Shown here piece after piece: positions 12,035 to 25,904 of a DNA stretch of 64,000 nucleotides (position 1 is the stretch's first letter; each line of letters starts with the position of its first letter). The notes beneath the pieces were generated by a model. It was given only the letters and a program-made list of their open reading frames with translations, had not been told where the DNA came from and ran no database searches. The DNA lies in the NCBI RefSeq assembly GCF_009914755.1, contig NC_060926.1; one strand, 5' to 3'. The DNA comes from the human T2T-CHM13v2.0 reference genome, Homo sapiens. The translations under genes were made by a program, and so were the position numbers.

Positions 12035-14063
12035 CTATTATCTGTATACTTGCTTATTCAGACTCATTTTCTATACTTTCCTCAAGATACTTTAGACTTT
12101 TGAAGTTTCAGGCATCCCTGGCCAGCTCAGTCTCCCTGTGTGCACCATGCTCTTTAACTCAGGTCCTGGGCAATGTGGTTTTCACTCTGCCTGGAATGCT
12201 CCGTTCCTCAGCTATCTTCACCAATCTCAAATGCTAACTTATTTTGGAATCCTCCCTTAGCTCCCACAGCCATAATTATCCACTCTTGTCCCCCTGTACT
12301 CCACAGCGAGTTGCATCTCTCTTAACACTTGGAAGATTGCTGAGCCATTGCTTATTTTGTTGTCTGTTTCCCCCACAAGAGGGCCAGGACTACGACTTAC
12401 TCATCTTTTCATCCCCTAAGGAACCTAGTACAAGACCTTGTAGAAAATGTACTATGTAGATGAAAGAATGAACAAGTCAGTGATTAGACAGATGGATTAA
12501 TAAGCATCTTAAACCTGAAGAGCTGATTTTAAAACCCAGTATAGTATTAATGTCTTTATCCACATACTAGTTCCTTCTGCTCAGATGTTATATCACGTGG
12601 CAGCCCATTTCTTACTTTCTTTGCTCAAATTTGCTCTGAGTCGACCTCACAGTCATTACCATGTTGGAAAGTAAGCAATTGACGGGTGGGGGTTCTAATG
12701 TACTATTTCAGTGGCATTTGCCCAACTAGATGTGGTGAGAATCTATTATTGAAGAATTTCAGGCTGATAGGGATGTATTTTTGGGTGATGAGTGGGTTTT
12801 TAGAAAATCATCCCACGTAGATGGTTTTCTACCAAACTAATACCTAGAATGTTCTATAAATAAAATAAAAAGTTCTACTTTATGGTTATTTCAAAGCCTG
12901 CAGCAAAAGCAAAGTCCAACTCTAAGAGAAATGTTAATGATTACATGTACATGTTCAACTTAAAATTAGAATCTTTCAAGGATTTGCTTTAGGAAACTTT
13001 ATAAAAATGGATGATAGGGAAGGTATTATCTGGAATATTTCACTATAGAAATATTTCATTTATTTCTACTCATTTGAATTTCATTCTGTTTAGATATTTA
13101 ACATTTGATAGTTTTAAGAAGGACCAAATGGCTTGAAGTAACAACTTTCTTCAAATTCCTAACAGCTCTTCATCTGGTCACTGAGCTGAGTGGAGCTGAA
13201 TCTTGCAGATTCCCTTCAATATTGGGTTTCATTCCCTTCTTCTCGTGCAGGCCGCTCTCAGAGAAAACAGCCAAGAAAAACAACCCAGGCACAAATGGCT
13301 GCAAATTGACTTGCAAATGTACAAATTCAGACCAAAAAGTGAAACAGGAAATCTTCTTTGAAGGGTAATTATCATAATTTATAATGGGCAAATCTCAACT
13401 CTTTCCAATATTTCTCTAAACTTTCCAGTGACTTCATTGCCCATAAACGATAAGTTTTGCCACTTTCTTTAAATGTGTATTTTCAAAATAGCTCCTCAAG
13501 TGTGAGAAGTTATCTCCATGACCTATAATTAGGAAACTAAATAGTACTTTTCTCCAGTTAGCACAAACGAACATTCGGTCTACTAAAATAATTTGATTGC
13601 CAAATAAAAAGAAACAAAATTAAACAGCTAAGATATGACTGCTAGGCTAGGTACTAAGGAATTTATATTCTGAAAGTCCCTGTGATTTCAAATTGTAGCT
13701 CCAATTTTTATAAAATAGAAATATAAAATAAAAGGTATATATTTAACTTTAAAATAACAAAGGCAATTCACCCTCTGACGGATATGGTTCAGTTCAGTAT
13801 GCTATAATCTAGTAACAAAGACTTAAGTAAAAATATGTCAATTATGAGTTAACTTACTGTACAGGGAAGAAAAGATTGAAAAAAAGGAACAAACACTTAA
13901 AACCACCATTTTGAAGCCCAGATTATCCAAACTGACTGTTTCCATTGACAGATTAAATTATGTTGCAACATTAACATTTCATGAGAAACCTTCTAAACGA
14001 ACACTTCAGAAAATGATGATTGCTGAACTGAATAACAGGCATAAAAAATATAAAACAACTCAC

Positions 14064-14118
14064 CCAGCCCCATATGGCTATTCTTTTTTCATCAATGAAA
14101 CCCATTTCTATGAATTTT
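14064..14118 (-). CDS. FAP: FAP exon 21 (55 nt): KFIEMGFIDEKRIAIWGW
   Basis: Donor TGG|gtgagt; first half of the GWSYG nucleophile motif. Confidence 0.98.
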
Positions 14119-17100
14119 CTAAAGTAAAAGAAACAAATTTTTAGAATGTTAAGTGTATACACATGACATTTACTTCATTACACAACCATATTTAATCCAA
14201 AGATTTAATAGAAACGCTACATTTTCTTTGTTTAAACACATGCATAATAAGCCTGCATTTACAAATAATTAAAATAATATTATCATGTTTTCTGCAAAGA
14301 GATAAAAGGATTCCCTTAGACTCTGTTGTACAGTTATTGACTGGTAATGTCAGAGCGGTATAAGGCCTTGTAGTCTAATCGTGGGGGTGTACCTGAGACT
14401 CAGAGAGGCCAAAAGATGGGTTCATAGTGACACAAGAAGTAGCAGCAGCATTGAGCAGGACCAAGTTTCCAAATCCCCAGCTATCGGAAAGAAGGATTTT
14501 GTTCTTGCTGCTTTAAATTATATTAATTTCTTATCACATTGTTGTTAATGATAATCATCACTTCATTTTCAGAGACATTTGAGAGAAATATACAACCGTC
14601 TTCCATTTCATACTTAGGCATCCTCAATTCATCATTAATTAATATGGAAATAATTCCTTTTTAGCTCCATCACAGAAGAGCATCCATTTGAAAACTATTT
14701 TGAAAATAAATCTTTCCTTAGGAGCAAGGGGCTACACTGAAGGACAACGTTTAAAAAGTCATGGGAAACCCTCAAAATTGAGGGTTTCAAGCTAATTTCT
14801 AACATGTTACCCTGAGGGCTGGTGTTCTAGAGCAATTGTGATTTATCTGGGGATTGGTTTGATAAAAACTCAAGAAAATCTCAGAGAAACAGCAGCCGGA
14901 GTGGAATGTGGCAAACTGGATCAGCCATTGCAGAAACCACCGTATGCAACAGTGACAGGAAGGAGGGGAGAAGACCAAAGGAGACACACAGTCCCAGAAA
15001 AATACTATCTTCTTGTTCCATTCAATTACTGTTAAAGACCTTTCTCATCAGTTCTTCTCTGGAAGTAGAACTGAGTGATTTTCATTACTTGAATAATGTA
15101 GTTTCTTAAAGGGATTTCACAGCAACCATTTCGCTCTTGCATTGATTCAACATGCACGTTTCCGATGCATAGAGAAGTTGGGCAAATGCCCGGGACAAAC
15201 AGATGGGAAGAGGCCCCGTTAGTCACAGCTTACCCGACACTGATTCTGAAGGACACTGAGGAGTCTACAGAGAAGAAATGCAGTAGCAAATGGAAAGTTG
15301 CTACCTGTGTGGATGCTGCTCATGGTATAGAGGAGAAAATGTGCAGCAAATTGTGACACTTGAGCAATTCTTGCACAAACTTCAAAAATCAAATGAAAGA
15401 AGAGAAGGTTCACTTTCTTGTTAAAAAAAAAATAACCTTGCTACTGGTGCTTGAAGACAGTTCTGAGCCATAAAATCAATTGTGATTTTATGATCTCCCA
15501 GAAGCCAACAATCATACTACCTTACATCTGGGGTAAAGAGCAAATAACAGGTGATACATGGGAACAGGAAACTCTTAACAGCTCTCTTCCTAGGTTTATT
15601 CTGAAAGGATGACATTTACAGGAAATGATAGTGCAATAGTTAACATGGAAATGAAACATTAACACTGAATGTTGCAGGACTAGGTTAAAGGTTAGCTAGA
15701 TAATCTTAGCACTTCCAGACCAACGAGGCACTATAAAATTCACCTTCAAATTCTGAAGAGTTTCCCAGAGGGTTGTAAATACTGTTGATAATGTGGTTAT
15801 ATCAACAAAATGTCAGTAACAAATGAAAAGGATGTTTTTCTAATCTTGGAGTCTGGATTGAACTTTATAACTTTTCTCTCATAAAGTTGGCCCAAGGCCA
15901 AGGTAAACTTGGAATCATAGCGATCAATTATTATCCTATTTTAGAAATATTCTTATTCATGCCATCTATAAAAGCATGATAGAAAATTTCATCTCATGTA
16001 ATTCTTCCCCACCACTAACCCTCAAGTTATATCAAATTTTAAAGTTGTGGGAATATCAAAAGTGCCAAATATACTCCAAATGAGCAAAGTTGCCCTTATA
16101 ACCACCAAAGTTTTAAGGGTCTCACATATGTACCATTTGAAGAGACACCTAAAGAAAGCGGGTTCCAGTCTCCCTTATGTCTGTAGCTTCACAAACATCT
16201 CTTCTGACGCATTTTCTTTCACATAGATAGAAGTTATAAGACGATATGACTTCTTTTTTTCCCCTACTTTGCTTTGTTTAAATCTATTTGTTGGCCTTGA
16301 GTAGTATTTACTGTTGTTTCCAAATATGTACGTACGATTTTCTTTTGGTATGTCAAAAGCTTAGCCAGATTGCATTTTGTAAAAGATTCAGGGGAGAAAT
16401 TTTATTCTCTGAGAGGCAATTTAAGGGCTACAGTAGAAGTATTATAATCTCAATTCCCCAGGTCAGGCATTTAGTGTCTGATTCCTAAAACACTTCCTTA
16501 GGAGGTATATTGAATCATCCCTAGGATTATTATTCTGAGTCTATCCTATTTAGCTTTTGTTTTCTCAAAGCATTGGATTATAAGGCTTCCTTTTCACAGT
16601 TGCATAAGAACAATTTCAAGCAAAAACCAAGGCCAGCTCTGGCTGTCATCTCCACTGTTGTTTATAGACTTTGCATGGGGCCACGCAGCTGCCCATATTC
16701 TCTGGGGTGTTTACTAAAAGTTTGATCTAACAACAATTTTGTCCCTTCAGAGTGTAGGTGGCTTATTTACTTTTACCAGATTGCAAGCACACTGAAAACA
16801 GAAATTGCAAATTGCACAATTTTATACAGAGTGTACTGCAATGGCATGTATTAATATTAATATTTGCTATGTTGTTGAATGGCTGAGTATATGGGTGAAC
16901 ATATGTTTTCCCTATAGCAGGAAGACTTTCTTCAGATTCCATCCTAAAAATGGCTCAGAGAAAGTAGAGGTATCCAATTACCACCTCTAGTCCATCTTCA
17001 ATTCTAAATGCCAAAGACAAATTGGTATTACTGCGAAAATCAGTAGAAGGTAGAATTTATGGCTTTGTGTCCTGTATGTTGAATATCATGGCTCAGGTTT

Positions 17101-18818
17101 AAATTTTCATTTCATCCAAGGAAAATATTAAGAAGCTATTTCTTCTTAGGTTCAAATGGTGCATCTGTGGTGGTAAATAAACCCATAAAAGTATAATGAC
17201 ATATTTTGTTGTTACTGGTGGGTTGCGATGATGACGATGATGAAGACAATGATTTTTTAACCAATGCCAAAATAAACAACTTTTTAGCTCTTTCAGCTTT
17301 GGAAAAGATCTAAATAAATTATAAATGAGGCATAATTTTCATCTCTGTTTTCATGTAGTCCCAGGATTACATGTCCTTGATGTTTATTGCATGGTTTAAA
17401 TGCAAATAGATGTGAGCCATGGTGCTAAAAAAAGTCCCCCATGGAATTAAGCTATAATTCTGAGGATGGCGTTAATATTCTCATTAAGGCACACTACAGT
17501 CTTTATAGGAGAAACTGATGTCTCAGTGGGGTTTTTCTTTGAACTATCTCCTCCAAACAAGTGAATAGTTGAAAGGCCAAAAGTCTGAGTCCATAAGAAA
17601 GAGGGAGCTTCCAGAAATTGAGTGATAGCTACAGATTTTAGTGTTAGTAACCTACTTACTAATTTGTCGTATTGTACTCAGATAGACTTTTTTTTTAATT
17701 GAACATTTTGTTTGTTCCCAGAATGAAAGAAGCACTTGAAAATGTATGGGTTATGGACACCTTTCTATTTTTAAAAATAATTACTTGTGAGTCTAAACTC
17801 TTCTGCTTTGATTAGAGACAAAAATATAGAAAAGTGTTGTCTAGGCCTGGCTCCAGGCTGTTAAATACAATCTTTATTCTGCATGTTGCAGTGAAATCAT
17901 TAAGTATTAATAACATTAAGGGGATAAAAAATGTACTAAAGAAATTTCTAAATTTCTCTTTGCCTGTGAAACAGTGTTTGACCTTTAGCTCCTCACATGC
18001 ACATATATTCACGACTGAGAGTGCAATTAGCCTGCTACCTTTTAAATTTACGAACTATTATTCTTAGCTTCACCTATTCATAACATAATAATGAAACCCA
18101 ACAACTATAGAGACATGGCAAGAATTATTTGCACAGTGTTTCTAAAAAAGCCACAATTTTGGTGCCTATATAGTCCTGTTTCAGGAAAAGATGATTGAAC
18201 CATAAATCATGGTTGAAAATATATATAGTTGAGAAGAAGAAATCAGATTATGAATCTGTGTTTTCCCTAAATGTTTTCATAATATAATTTCTGTTGTGTA
18301 AAATGACTATGTTTTTGTCAAACGAAAATAGGCAAACACTTTCATGCTACCATGGCCGACTGATAGCTAGTTTAACCACAAATGAAGGCCTAACATCTAA
18401 AAGTATGTAGTGCTGATAAAATCTTGAGCCATTTCTAAACTTAAGAGGCAGAATCCACAATGCTTGAGCAAATTCAGATATTTGTTTTCCTGAAGATCAT
18501 CATTAGAGTTCAAAGTTTTTCTATCAATTGTAAGAAATGGAACTAAATTAAAAGATATTGGAATGAATGACAACACATCAAAAGAGGGTATTTGTCATTT
18601 AGCACTTGAAATCATTTTTCTACACATTCGTTAGCTCTCTTCCATAAATACTTTTTTTTCATATTTGGCAGAAATACCTCTTTAAGATTAGTGATAGTTT
18701 TAGACCAAGTTAGAAAAAGAAAAACAAAAGAATTAAGTCATGAAGAATGGAGAAACACAATAGTGATTGCATGACTTTTGTTGCATGTTGACATCTGCTT
18801 GAATGAGAAGGTGCTCAC

Positions 18819-19013
18819 CTGACAGCTGTAATCTGGTCTTCAACTTCATAAACACCCAGCTTTCGATACACTGCATAGAGGAGTTTGTCACCTTGGAAAG
18901 CTGTTCCTCGACCATCCACCAAGGCAATGACCATCCCTTCCTTACTTGCAAGATAAGATATCCAATTAACAGCAAATACAGACCTTACACTCTGACTGCA
19001 GGGACCACCATAC
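18819..19013 (-). CDS. FAP: FAP exon 20 (195 nt): YGGPCSQSVRSVFAVNWISYLASKEGMVIALVDGRGTAFQGDKLLYAVYRKLGVYEVEDQITAV(R)
   Basis: YGGP and DGRG family motifs; donor AG|gtgagc. Confidence 0.98.
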
Positions 19014-19730
19014 CTAAAGGAAAAACAAAAAAAACAAGAATCTTTGATTGCTTTGTAAAACTCAATTTCCCATCCTGGCCAAGCATTGCTTCTAGTAATT
19101 CCAGTACAATTATGTGATAAAATAACAATGGCGTTAGAACTGGCTCAAAATCAAGAGGAGTCCAGGCTTTTCCCAGAGGTTTGCTACAAGGAAGTTGTTT
19201 TGGGACACAGCCTCTCCTATTCCCCAAAACGGATACATCTAGGGTTGGCATTTCAAGGAATATGTGTGGGTTTTTCGTCATTTCTGCCACCTGCCACTTG
19301 CTAAAAGCAGACATAAGATATACTAAAAAAAATGCATGGTGTTTTAAGCAAATTGTGTGTAGGTCAGCACTGATTTTGGGTGTGATTCCACTAAATGTAT
19401 TCTATTCCTTTATTTCATTTCTAACTCAATTACATAAGATGTGAAGATGATTTACAATATTTTTTTTGGCTGCAATTTCTCTATCTCAAAGGTATTCTGA
19501 CACATTCGGCAAATTGCCATACAAAGGAAATTTAACACAGCAAATGCAAGCAAGTCCAGCTAAAATCTCAAAACTTCCTCAATCTATTTTAAATAGCCAT
19601 ATTTTATTTACTCTGATTAGTTGAAGAATATATAAAAACAGCATCAATAGGCACTGTTACCAAGGAGAATGGTTCATTCTATTTCATAAATGTGTATTTC
19701 ATCTAACATATTTTCAGTAAATAGTTTTTA

Positions 19731-19877
<147 letters not shown>

Positions 19878-20305
19878 TTATTGTCTTTAATAACAATATA
19901 TGCAATAAAATCAATTTTCAACTACTAAATTGTTAAGAATTTAGGATATATTTAAAAGTAACTTTTATTAAATTTTTGTGTTAAATGTATAAATGACTAG
20001 AAACCTTGAATTACTATTTGTTCTAGAAGGATACATTTTAAAATTAAAATTAGATAAGCTCTTTTTAAAAAAACGTCAGTGTGGAAAGGAAGCTATTGAA
20101 AAGGTATAAGATCAACCATGTTCACAAACATATTAAAGATATTTAGTAAAACTAAGAATTGTTACAGTAAGATTATTTTAAATGAAATCCTGTAATATTA
20201 ATAGATCGCAGAATTTGCACTGTAACATTCACTCTATGCTTTTTTAAAAGCAAGAAAATTGCTCAGCTTCATATCTATAAATGAGAAGTTTTTAAAAGAT
20301 CTTAC

Positions 20306-20404
20306 TAATTTCATCTACTTCAAGTTTCTTAATTTCCTCTTTAGGCAGCTGGATATTTTTCAAAGCATTTTCCAATTCCTTGTTTTCTTCCAGGATTTTA
20401 ATTT
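20306..20404 (-). CDS. FAP: FAP exon 18 (99 nt): (E)IKILEENKELENALKNIQLPKEEIKKLEVDEI(T)
   Basis: Acceptor tttttcag, donor A|gtaaga. Confidence 0.97.
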
Positions 20405-21045
20405 CTGAAAAATGTTAAATGTTCATTTTTAATCAATAGTATTTCCATAAACAATTTTTTTCCTTAAAATTCCTTTGACTTCAATATGGGTGAAACTGAA
20501 ACTGTGAAAAGCTCGCTTAAGAAGTGAAGTTTCATATTGACAAATGTATTTATAATCCAGCCTTTAGAGCAGATATAAGCTTATGAAGGACATCACATTT
20601 TAATCACTGTGTCTTTAACTAATTCTAATAGCATCAGAACACATTTTGAGCAAAAATCACAGGAGCAACAATGTTTATTCAATCACGTTTTCCCATCTAA
20701 AGCTGTTTTGTTTTTAAGTTTAAAGCCATGACCTAAGCAGGTGATATTTCTTTTATCATATACTTAAAAAAATGTAGTGGAAATACAATCTGGATTGCTG
20801 GGGCCTCAAATTTAAAATAATTAATTGTGTATTTCCAAAATTTGCTTTTTAATTTTTAATGTGTAAAGTTGAATATTATTTCTGTGATTTTTAAAATCTT
20901 TCTTTCTTACGCTTTCCTGTTGTACTTGATTAATAAAGGATATTCTCCTGTTTTTGGTAATTGAATTAGTTGTATGCTATTCTTTCAGATCCTTTCTCTC
21001 AAGGTAGTGATATATCTGAGTAAGACAACAATATATATTGTGTAT

Positions 21046-21072
21046 ACACACACACACACACACAAACACACA
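21046..21072. repeat. Interrupted (CA)n microsatellite
   Basis: Read directly. Confidence 0.85.
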
Positions 21073-22899
21073 CTATGCTCTTTCTCTGTCTTAAATCTTT
21101 AAAAAATCTAAAACCTGCTATTTATACTTGAGCTCAGTTATATTTCACACCTTAATATTTGAAAAGGAACAAATCCATTGATCTCTTGAATCTGTAGATT
21201 GGTAATACATGCAAATAGGTTTCTAGCAATAGCGGGCTTTTTATAGACCTTATTTTGAACCTGGGATTGATATCAGCATCTTCTAGAGAAAAGTTAGCCT
21301 TTCAAATAATATGTGGAGTTTTAGCTTTATATTTTAAAAGAGGGGCTGGATGACTTGTGAGGTATATCTATTGCTACAAAAGATGTCCATGGACTTCTTG
21401 TTTTTATGCCTTTTTGAAAGAGTGGTCTCTGAAGAGAGAGAGCTGGAGGAGTGCTTGTAACTATACTAAGTTTGCCAAACCACTTCTCTTGTAACTCTCA
21501 GTTTTCATATACTCATGGCATTTTGCTCCAACATGTTATATTTAATCTTAGCACAAGTATAGATGTTTTGGGTATGATTTGTATAAGATACATAATGAAT
21601 TTCACATTAACTTTGGGTAATCCATCAGGGAAGAGATACTTGTGACACCTTAAAAGTTAAAACCAAAAAAGTAAAATGAATACACAATTCTAAGTACAGT
21701 AGAGCCAACCCTTCATTCTTGCGTGGATTCTGTTTGTGGAGCTGCCATCGATAAAGAGACTCCTGTGTGGATCAAGCACACAGACTGGCTGATTGATTGA
21801 CTGATTACTATTTGTATTATTTTACCACAAGCACTGGAAGTGGGAGACAGTATCCGGGTGTTGTCACGTGGTTATGGCTTTGACTCCTTCTTCATTCTAT
21901 TCTTAGCTATCGAACTTTTCTGATACATGACTTAATGAAATGCAAAATTTAATCTAAATGCTTTTATGGTTCAGAGTTGCATTTTTTATGGATAGTGACT
22001 GGGCAATTTTTCCACCTCTTGGAGCACAAACAGAATCTCACAGGGGGCAGTGGCAAGAGTGAGAGGTGGCAGCTGGGCTTCTCAATAAGGCTGTGCATTA
22101 AAAACCCATAACCTAGCAAAGGGAGTACAGGTCAGACCACACATTTTACTTTCTTTCTCCCATCACCGTATACTCAGTACCAAGCACACACAGCACCTAG
22201 TATCTGGCATGTAGTATCTGCTTCCACATGTATTTGTAGGCTCTTCATTGTGATGAAATTGAGTTGTAACAATGATGGATCTTATACTTGATTTCTGTTT
22301 GAATCGTTTTAAAATCCCATATTGCTGATTAAATTATGGGGAGAATCCATAGAAAGGCTGATTAATAAGGGCATGTCATGAATTGATTAATTTTAATGAG
22401 CATTTTCTGTGCCCAAAGCAACTAAGCTTTAACTGGGCCCTCCCTGACAATTCCAGCTCTTCTGGATTCCCACGGAATCTGGTTCAAGTACTACCTGCTG
22501 TTTTCAAATAAACTTCCCCCTCTTTGCAGGGAAAATGAAGCCACTTCACTGTGTTCCAACTTTCATGCAATTCTACCAACAATTTCTTTATTCTGTCTCA
22601 TCACATCACAAGAGATTAATCCATTTACCTGTCTCTGATCTTCATCCTCTCTCAACTTCTTAGGGACCTCCCTCCTCTATGTTTTCCTTCCATTTTTTCT
22701 GCTGATTTCCTCTATCACATCCACTCATACTCAAATGTTTATCCTCTTTCAAAAACAAAATTAAACCTACATCAATCTTTTACAGCCATCGTCCCACCAA
22801 TCCCCTCTTCTCATCACACTCAGACCAACTGGAAATACTGTCTTTTTAAACTTACTTATGCAGACCTAATTTTGCTTTAATCTGGCTTCCACCTCCACT

Positions 22900-23786
22900 G
22901 CTCCACTGAAATGGCTCTGACCAAGCTAATGTCAATCTCCCTCTTGCTAAGTCCATTAATTTAGAGCAAGCCTTCCCTCACTCTCTGCAGCATCTGGTAC
23001 AGCTGATTATTTCCTCCTCCTTGAGCTCTTCTCCTCCCCTGCTTTCCACAATACCATACTCTCAAGTTTATCCCCCTCCTTCTGTTCCTTCTTGGTCTCC
23101 TCTCCAGGCTCATTTTTCTCCTTCCATTTCTCAAGTGTTGATGTTCCACACAGTTTCGTTGTAGGCTCACTCCCCACTAACCCTATCCACTCTTGTTTTG
23201 TCCACTCGGCTCATATCATCCACTTCCAAGGCCTGAGTTACCACATGCTCCATAAATTAATGACTTTCATCGTTATCTTCAGTCCAAACTGATCTTCTGG
23301 CATCCAGATCCAAAATGATGTCACTACAGAGCAGCTCCACTTAGGTATCTCATCAGTGCCTCAAGCTCAACATTTAAAACAAAATTCATCATCCTCCCAA
23401 AACCTGATCTCCACAATGACTCCTCTATTTCAGTAAAAAACCATTAGTATCAAGCCAATCATCCAAATAGCATTATCACCTACTTCATATTCATGAGTCT
23501 CGGGTTTGTGGTAGTTATCATTAGTAAACATTTCCTAACCCCCCAAACCCAGATGAGCTGCTCTTCCTGTGTGCTTCCAGGCTTTCTGCAGTTCCCCTAT
23601 CTTAGAACTTACCCCACTGTATTGTAACTGCCCATTTCCATGTTCATATTCCCCACTCATCTATAACCTCCTTGAGGACAAGGACATCGTCTAACCCAGT
23701 ATCTCTTTATTTTATAGATAGATCCAGGACCTAGCACAGTGCCTGGCTTAATGTGGTAGAAGTTCCATAAATATTTGTTGAATGAG
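22900..23786 (+). mobile_element. L2 fragment; left boundary approximate
   Basis: Pyrimidine-rich L2-like body ending aaatatttgttgaatga. Confidence 0.6.
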
Positions 23787-24922
23787 ATTGCTGACACCAA
23801 ATGCAATGTAAATAAGAGACACAGCATCTGCTCCAAAACAGCAGCTGAACATTTACTATTAAAAATACAAATTTCCAAGCATAACTTAAGACGTACCACA
23901 TTAAAATCTTTGGGGAAGTCCTGGGAATCCGTATTTATAATGAACATAGGAGAATAATTTCACATTAGGTAAGTTGTGGAACTGTGCTCTGAAAGAATTT
24001 GATTTTTTCTGTTGGTACTTATTTAATTACATCTGACATATCTGAGGGCGTACCTATTTTGTAAATAGTGAGTGAAGTAATAGAGCTTCAAAATCAGTAC
24101 ACAGATCTGCCAGGAATCTAACAAGGATCTCAAGAAAGTAGAAATTCATGCTATGGAAAAAGAAAGGCTGGCTATTATTTTGCAGTCTTGAAAAGATGAG
24201 AATTATATGCTAATAGTGATTTCTATTAAAACAAAACCTTGTCGACTTGAAATCAATCTCACTGACTGAGATGGTCAAATTAAGAAATATAATCTGTTAT
24301 TCTTAAAAGTATTTCCTTATTAGACACAAGGTTTCAAAAAAAACCTTAAAATGAAACTAAATTCACAGTCCCATTATCACAATGCCTGTCCTGTCCAGAG
24401 TTCCCAAATTGATTCTGTTTTTGTTTTTTTTTCTTGTTATTTTCACCTACACTTGAGCCATTGAGCTGACAGCCAAAGTAATCCCAAGGCAGTCTCCTGA
24501 CTTGTCACCAAAGCTGTCCAGGGACAATCGCAGGCATGAGTGCTGAAGAAAGTGGCATCTGCCTCATTGTCCCTGGCCTCCAACAACTCCAACCCTATAA
24601 TGTTGTTTAATAGTAAATCAAAAGATAATGGAGAGCCAGCAGGAAGAGTATCAGAGCAATTAGATACTTGGACAACTCTGCTGCGAGCAAAACTGGTCGT
24701 CTTTGAGATGTGAACTATTTTGAACCAATATCACAAATACAGGATAGAGGAGGACTGTCTTGATAGCAGTTGAAAATGGAAAGAGCCTCCAAATTTCAGG
24801 GCGTTCATACGTGGCAACAATGTGATGTAGCTGTTAAAACAAAAAAAGCTGGTGTGACAGTCACCCTCTGCTCTGAACTGAAGAAGTTACATGTAGAATT
24901 TGTTTCCAGTTTGGGATGTTAC

Positions 24923-24950
24923 CACACACACACACACACACACACACACA
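24923..24950. repeat. (CA)14 microsatellite
   Basis: Read directly. Confidence 0.95.
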
Positions 24951-25350
24951 TGCAAACAACCCCCTACCCCCAATCCCTGAGGAAAAAAAAAAAAAAACAC
25001 CCTAGGGATTCTATTTTGGAAGGAAGATCGTACTGAATGTGCTAAGTTTTTTCCCAATTCTAATCTGTGCTTTTTATAAGGCTGATTGGAGAAGATAGAA
25101 TTAAACCCTCTGATATAACTCATCTATCTGTGTTATGCCAGGTTCTCACTGCAAAGAATTATTAAATTTCATAGGATCATATTTGACCCAAATAATATCC
25201 AAATCTGTGCAATAATAAGTGATGTGATAACAGGATTCCATCGCAGTTCCCCTTGGTGGTGTGGAGAAACTGTCCTGCTTTCTCTAGCGGAGCATCACAG
25301 AGAGTTCAGGATTACTTGAGACAAGATAGATAACATGCAAGAGAGAGTAC

Positions 25351-25398
25351 CTTGATCAGTGCGTCCATCATGAAGGGTGGAAATGGGGATGCCTGGGC
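25351..25398 (-). CDS. FAP: FAP exon 17 (48 nt): (G)PGIPISTLHDGRTDQ(E)
   Basis: Acceptor cccacag, donor G|gtactc. Confidence 0.96.
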
Positions 25399-25904
25399 CT
25401 GTGGGCAGGATGAAAACAAAATCATGGCTTAGTGTTAAAATAACAATTCCTTTTCAAGACGGGCTGCTGGTAGTATTTGTGATTAGTGTCAAGTGCCAGT
25501 ACATCTTTTAATTCTGCAGCTATTTTTTTCCCCATAGAGAAGAAAACATCACTTTTAAGTCACATTTAAACAATACATGAGATCAAAGCCCACTCAAAGA
25601 ACAGCTGTGAAAGAAGCCTTGCCTGTGCACTTTTCCAAGACTAATCCTGAATCATTAATATCGAATTACACAAATGCACCCCAGAAGCTGCAGTGACAAA
25701 TGGCCTTCTGGGAAGATGTCATGCTGTATTGGGCCAGTTTTGGCTGTGTCTTTATTATCAAACAACCTTCACCAGTACCCAGATTGTATTTTCAATCTGG
25801 CTTCTTGGTTCAATGTTCAGCTTATTTAGATGGGTAAAATCGAGTATTTTTTCCATGGAATAATACATGCAGAAATCTACATGGGATATACTTCCTTTTA
25901 AAAT

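Noticed and set aside
13971-14063. Read-through of exon 21 into intron 21 adding 30 aa
   Set aside because: An open frame this short is expected by chance, and the exon 21 donor (TGG|GTGAGT) is strong.
18733-19444. Overlapping ORFs on both strands around exon 20
   Set aside because: Shadow frames of a real coding exon plus flanking intron; no independent coding signal.
21028-21050. Adjacent short palindromes ACAATATATATTGT and TGTGTATACACA
   Set aside because: By-products of AT and CA dinucleotide repeats.
22035-22075. CTCF-like half matches CACAGGGGGCAGTG and GAGGTGGCAGC
   Set aside because: Both lack the conserved 5' CC positions of the core and are much weaker than the site at 51819.
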